A stretch of 20,558 nt of DNA from a bacterium (lineage in GTDB: Bacteria; Zhuqueibacterota; Zhuqueibacteria; Oceanimicrobiales; Oceanimicrobiaceae): positions 1-20,558 of the forward strand of contig JBHHXT010000079.1 in assembly GCA_046757165.1 (NCBI GenBank). Direction: 5' to 3'. The translations under genes and the position numbers were made by a program. A model generated the notes under the pieces. It was not told where the DNA came from and searched no databases. It saw nothing but the letters and a program-made list of their open reading frames with translations. How positions within the stretch are numbered: position 1 is the first letter of the stretch; every line of letters begins with the position of its first letter. Shown one piece after another: positions 16,000 through 20,558 of this stretch.

Positions 16000-17799
16000 A
16001 TGTGCGGCATCTTCGGATTCACATCAAAACAGGAAAACCGTGCTGACGCGTTTAAGGCGATGGGCGATGCCCTGGCCCATCGAGGCCCGGATGGCGAGGG
16101 CAGCTACCTCGATGAGCATGTCGCGATGGGCATGCGGCGTCTGAGCATTCTCGATCTCGAGAGGGGCAACCAACCGTTCTTTAGCCGCGACAAATCGGTG
16201 GTGGTCTTGTGTAACGGCGAAATCTATAATTTCCGTGAGCTGAAGAAAGAGCTAAAGAAGAAGGGGTATCAATTCCACACGCATAATGATGTCGAAGTGC
16301 TGCCCGCTTTGTACGAAGAGCATGGCATCGATTTTGTGCGCAAACTCAACGGCATGTTTGCCATCTCCCTGTATGACAAACAACAAAGGAAGCTCTTTCT
16401 GATTCGCGACCACGTCGGCATCAAGCCGCTCTATTATGCGCTCGTGAACGGCGAGATCATTTACGCCTCTGAGCTCAAGTCCATTCTCCGGCTCAACAAA
16501 GTGGACAAGAGGGTGAATTATCCGGCCCTCAGCACCTACCTCGAGCTGCTGTACATTCCCCGGCCCATGACTCCCTTTTGCAATGTGTTCAAGCTCGAGT
16601 CCGGCGCATATCTGGAATGGCACGAAGGGAAGTTCAACATCAAAAAATACTGGGATCTCGATCTGACCTCGAATGGGCACAAGTCAGAAAAGGAATACGT
16701 GGAAGAAGTCCACGCCCTGCTGCAAGACAGCATCAAAATGCAGCTGGTGAGCGATGTGCCGCTCGGCTCTTTCCTGAGTGGCGGAATCGACAGCTCTTTT
16801 GTTACCGCCGTTGCCTCTCAGCTGACTGACAAGGAGTTTTCTGTTTTTCACATGCGCTGGAAAGACATTCCCGGCAAGCTCGACGAAAGCGAGTTCGCCC
16901 ACCAGGTCACGGAAAGATACCACCTGACCCGGCACTTTTACGACGTCGGCGATATCGATGTGGTGAATCTGATACCGAAACTCATCTATCACCTCGACGA
17001 GCCTTTCGGCGATGCTGCCTTCCTCCCGACCTATTATCTTGCCAGGATCGCTTCAGAGAAGATAACCGTCATGTTGAACGGCGCGGGCGGAGATGAGCTC
17101 TTCGGGGGCTATTCGCATCATTCAAACTACTCCATGCTGAAGTCCAGGCTCAACAAATTGCTGCACCGCAGAGCGCCGGCCCTGAGCTACTATGATATCT
17201 GGAGAAGCACCCATCAGAAGAAATGGCAGCGATTATTCCCATGGTATGTTCGGGATGTGTTCAGATCTTCTTTTGAACGGAAGTTTCTGCGCAACCGCGA
17301 CATCGACAGCCTGAACGCGATCATGCTCAACGACATCGATTTCTATTTGCAGGACGATATTCTGTTCCTGAGCGACAAAATGACCATGGCGGCCTCCCTG
17401 GAATGTCGCGTTCCCTTGCTGGACTACCGCCTCGTGGAGCTGACGCAATCGATCCCGTCCTCCATGAAAGTCAAGAACGGGGAACGGAAGTATCTGTTCA
17501 AGATAATCGGGGAAAGACACCTGCCGAGAGAAGTGTTGTACCGTCCGAAGGAGGGCTTCGGGTTTCCGATTCATCAGTGGATGAATGACTACAAGGAGAT
17601 TTACTTCGATTTGCTCCTGGAGCGCGGCTTCATGTTCAACAATGGACTCGTCAACCCGAATGTCATGAGAAACCTGTTTTTGAAAAGAGAGCTCTCGACG
17701 ACCGAAAGCTGGTTCTACTGGATGGTCGTGGTGTTGGAGATTTGGTTCCAGTTGTTTGTCGAAGAAAAGGACCATGAGCATATCTACGATCTACAGTAG
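16000..17799 (+). CDS. asnB: Asparagine synthase (glutamine-hydrolyzing) family amidotransferase, probably polysaccharide-amidating
   Basis: MCGIFG (Ntn Cys2), HRGPD, RLSILD, NGEIYNF, RDHVGIKPLYY, LSGGIDSS, GAGGDELFGGY, MAASLECRVPLLD and KEGF. Confidence 0.95.
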   Translation: MCGIFGFTSKQENRADAFKAMGDALAHRGPDGEGSYLDEHVAMGMRRLSILDLERGNQPFFSRDKSVVVLCNGEIYNFRELKKELKKKGYQFHTHNDVEVLPALYEEHGIDFVRKLNGMFAISLYDKQQRKLFLIRDHVGIKPLYYALVNGEIIYASELKSILRLNKVDKRVNYPALSTYLELLYIPRPMTPFCNVFKLESGAYLEWHEGKFNIKKYWDLDLTSNGHKSEKEYVEEVHALLQDSIKMQLVSDVPLGSFLSGGIDSSFVTAVASQLTDKEFSVFHMRWKDIPGKLDESEFAHQVTERYHLTRHFYDVGDIDVVNLIPKLIYHLDEPFGDAAFLPTYYLARIASEKITVMLNGAGGDELFGGYSHHSNYSMLKSRLNKLLHRRAPALSYYDIWRSTHQKKWQRLFPWYVRDVFRSSFERKFLRNRDIDSLNAIMLNDIDFYLQDDILFLSDKMTMAASLECRVPLLDYRLVELTQSIPSSMKVKNGERKYLFKIIGERHLPREVLYRPKEGFGFPIHQWMNDYKEIYFDLLLERGFMFNNGLVNPNVMRNLFLKRELSTTESWFYWMVVVLEIWFQLFVEEKDHEHIYDLQ

Positions 17800-19588
17800 A
17801 CTCGATCGCGAGCTGTATTTGAAGTATTTGCTGAAGCATCCTTCGTTTTATCCGTTCCTGGCCCGGCTTGCCCTGCGGAGGGTGCTCGACAAGGGCTCCG
17901 GCAACGGCCACGCCGTCGACCCGCTCGCGAAATTCAACACCCCCGAAAGACGGGAGATCCTGGCAGAGGTGCAGGCGATCCACCGGTTGAGATTTGCGCC
18001 TGAGCGGTTGCTGCAATTGCCTTCTCTGCGGTTGCCTATCACGGAAGACGCCCGGCCACCTCAAAAGATAGCCATTCCACTGGCGACCAGAACCGTGCCT
18101 CTGGACCGGCATATCTTCGATGCGAGCTACGTTGATGTGGAAGACCTGTTTGCGGCCAACCGCTTTATCTGGCTTTTTGCCCTTCTTGCTGACCATCCCA
18201 GCAAAGAGGAGCTGAGCGCCGCGCTCGAGATGATTCTTGTCTGGGTGGAGAGCTACCCGGCGCCTGACGGCCACTCGCGATTCGAGAGTTACTCGATCTG
18301 TGAGCGCGTCGTCGCCTGGCTCTTCTTCCTCATGTTCACCGGCGACCACGTGCAGCCACGGGCGCAGCAGGCGGCGGGAATAGCGCAATCGATTCAGCGT
18401 CAGATCGAGCACCTGATTCGGAACCTCGAATATCACGGTGACGCCACCAATAACCACATCTTGAACAATGCCAGGGCGCTTTATATTGCCGGGCGGTTGT
18501 TGCATCTAGATGCCGCAGCTCTTCTGGGCAGGAAGATTTTCCTGGCCGAGCACGAGAGAGTTTTTCGGCAGGGAGTTTACCAGGAAGGGTCGAGTCACTA
18601 CCAGTTTCTCCTGACCAAGAACCTCATGGAAACACAGATGGTGGCCCATCTGACGGGCGACGGCGAATTCGAGCAGACACTCCGACCGATCGTTTGTGCC
18701 ATGCTTCGTACCTGCCGGGCACTCCAGCCGGGGCGCCTGCAAGAGCTGCCTCTTTTCGGCGATATTTCTCCGGATATGGCGCCGGACTGGTTCGTGGGCT
18801 ATCCCTTTTGCCCCGACCGTTCCAGCCCCTCAAAATGGTTCAGGCTGTTTCACTACGCGCCTGACTCTTGCGATGAGCCAGACAGCCTGGCAGAGAACGT
18901 CTCGCAAAATAGTCGCACCGTTTGGCGGCATCTTTCTGCTGGCAGGTTCGATGTTTGGGTGAACTTACGCCATGGCGGCATCCCGGGGCATGGTCATAAC
19001 GACAACGGCGCTATTATCGTTTTCCATGAGGACCGGCCCGTTATCGTCGACCCCGGCCTGGCCTCTTACCGGCAAACGGCGTCAGACCTGCTGCAAGTCT
19101 CTGCATGTGGGCACAACGTTCCGGTCATCGATGGGTTTGAGCCGGACATCCCGAAGGATTCCGCGCTCTCCCGTTCTCGCCTGAGTTCGACCTTTGAGGT
19201 GCTTGCCGATGCCTCTCATCGTATCGAATACGCCGTGACCTACGCCAATCGTCATATCCGGCTGGTGCGGAGTGTGGCGCTGACCCCGGACGCGTGCACC
19301 GTGACAGACCGGCTGTCGTCCCCCGCCTCTGAGTGCGTCTACGAAGTGAACTGGCACTGCGATGGGTGGATTGAGGCCGCCCCGGACCATTCATTCCTGA
19401 CGAACGGCCTGTGGCTGAGTCTTGAATGTGGCGGCAAGCGTGGTGGTCGCCCGCGGCAAACGCACCAAAGGAGTGTGAGCTACGGGCGCAAGCGAGGGGT
19501 GCACACCCTCCATTTTTGCGACGAGATTTGCGCGGACGCCCGGGTTATCTTCACCCTTTCGAGGAGTCAGGATGGCGCTCGAGGCTAA
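17774..19588 (+). CDS. Heparinase II/III-like family protein
   Basis: ATG 17774 behind AAGGA; LEYHGDATNNH, EGSSHYQ, PLFGD, GHGHNDNG, VIVDPG..Y, GHN and SVSYG motifs. Confidence 0.85.
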   Translation: MSISTIYSRLDRELYLKYLLKHPSFYPFLARLALRRVLDKGSGNGHAVDPLAKFNTPERREILAEVQAIHRLRFAPERLLQLPSLRLPITEDARPPQKIAIPLATRTVPLDRHIFDASYVDVEDLFAANRFIWLFALLADHPSKEELSAALEMILVWVESYPAPDGHSRFESYSICERVVAWLFFLMFTGDHVQPRAQQAAGIAQSIQRQIEHLIRNLEYHGDATNNHILNNARALYIAGRLLHLDAAALLGRKIFLAEHERVFRQGVYQEGSSHYQFLLTKNLMETQMVAHLTGDGEFEQTLRPIVCAMLRTCRALQPGRLQELPLFGDISPDMAPDWFVGYPFCPDRSSPSKWFRLFHYAPDSCDEPDSLAENVSQNSRTVWRHLSAGRFDVWVNLRHGGIPGHGHNDNGAIIVFHEDRPVIVDPGLASYRQTASDLLQVSACGHNVPVIDGFEPDIPKDSALSRSRLSSTFEVLADASHRIEYAVTYANRHIRLVRSVALTPDACTVTDRLSSPASECVYEVNWHCDGWIEAAPDHSFLTNGLWLSLECGGKRGGRPRQTHQRSVSYGRKRGVHTLHFCDEICADARVIFTLSRSQDGARG

Positions 19589-20522
19589 CCGAGGTCTGGT
19601 TTCCGTTATTGTCCCGACCCACAACCGTTCAACCATGCTCGAGCGGGCGCTCATGAGTATCGTGCGCCAGGATCATGAGAACCTGGAGATCATCGTCATC
19701 GCAGACAACTGCACAGATGACACCAAGAAAGTTGTAGAGGCGATTGCGGACCCCCGGATCATCTATGTGCCGCTGGTGAAGAACGCAGGCGGGGCTCAAG
19801 CCAGAAACTTTGGCCTGGACCTCGCCAACGGGGAGTTCATCGCCTTTCTTGACGATGATGATGAGTGGTACGATGGTAAGCTTACAAGACAGATTCAGTT
19901 GTTGCAATCGCATCCCGATGCCGCCCTCGTCTCGTGCAACTTCGACAGGTTTGATGGAGAAAGAGACATCCCGTCCAACCTGCCGGAAGTCATTACCGTC
20001 GATGATCTCTTCTATCTGAATATCTGTGGCAGCTTTTCCTTCTGTATGACTAAACGGGAGTACGTCAGAGATCTCAGGATCAATCCGGTTTTGAAAAGCC
20101 ATCAGGATTGGGACTTGTGGCTGAAGATCCTGCTCGCGACCGGTTTGCAGTGCCGGGTGGTCCCCGGGAGACTGGTTCGTTACTACGACAACCACCCGGA
20201 CAAACTTTCGAACAAGCACTATCAGACGTTTCTTTCCAAAGTTGTTTTCCTGCGCAGCTACTGGGCCAGGATGACGCCCGAGCACCGGAATTACCAGCTT
20301 TACGAATTGCTGAAATGGAAGCGTCTCTATTTCTATGACAGGAGCAGCCATGTGTTTCAACTGCGCCTGTATCTGAAGGCCTTGTGGTTTTATCACAAGT
20401 CGCGCCACGACCAGAACATCCATAACTATCTGCTGCTGTTGCCGAAGCTGTTTCCTGTCAAAAGAGGACTCCGGCCAACGACAACACACTGCGCAGCCAC
20501 GTTGAAGGAGCGCACGACATGA
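19572..20522 (+). CDS. Glycosyltransferase family 2 (GT-A)
   Basis: RBS GAGGAG at 19561-19566; LVSVIVPTHNR, DNCTDDT, NAGGAQARNFGL, FIAFLDDDDEW and QDWDLWL. Confidence 0.95.
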   Translation: MALEANRGLVSVIVPTHNRSTMLERALMSIVRQDHENLEIIVIADNCTDDTKKVVEAIADPRIIYVPLVKNAGGAQARNFGLDLANGEFIAFLDDDDEWYDGKLTRQIQLLQSHPDAALVSCNFDRFDGERDIPSNLPEVITVDDLFYLNICGSFSFCMTKREYVRDLRINPVLKSHQDWDLWLKILLATGLQCRVVPGRLVRYYDNHPDKLSNKHYQTFLSKVVFLRSYWARMTPEHRNYQLYELLKWKRLYFYDRSSHVFQLRLYLKALWFYHKSRHDQNIHNYLLLLPKLFPVKRGLRPTTTHCAATLKERTT

Positions 20523-20558
20523 GCGGGCACAACGTCGACCCGGTCGTGTCTGTGGTCA
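20519..20558 (+). CDS. 5' end of the next gene, probably another GT2 (truncated by the window)
   Basis: AAGGAG at 20505-20510, ATGA overlap, translation MSGHNVDPVVSVV resembling the GT2 N-terminal PxVSVV(IP) strand. Confidence 0.65.
   Translation, partial: MSGHNVDPVVSVV

Overview
Internal part of a large bacterial surface-polysaccharide (O-antigen/capsule/glycan-modification) gene cluster, with every gene on the + strand and many start/stop overlaps. Gene order: CMP-ulosonate-synthetase-like cytidylyltransferase; a low-GC insert (SDR 3' remnant, polysaccharide deacetylase-like gene, hexapeptide acyltransferase) bounded by palindromic-repeat remnants; three tandem cobalamin-binding radical SAM genes; DPM1/GtrB-like GT2; SAM methyltransferase; FAD oxidoreductase; large polytopic membrane protein; 6-phosphogluconolactonase; NAD-dependent epimerase/dehydratase; GT-B-like hypothetical protein; AsnB-type amidotransferase; heparinase II/III-like protein; GT2; and the start of another probable GT2. 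Two observations stand out. The first is a candidate pathway in which three B12 radical SAM enzymes tailor a possibly lipid-linked sugar. The second is a repeat-flanked, AT-rich deacetylase/acyltransferase cassette that still carries the 3' end of an SDR gene from its donor operon. No rRNA, tRNA, CRISPR array or transposase was seen. All family assignments come from motif recognition by eye, not database searches.
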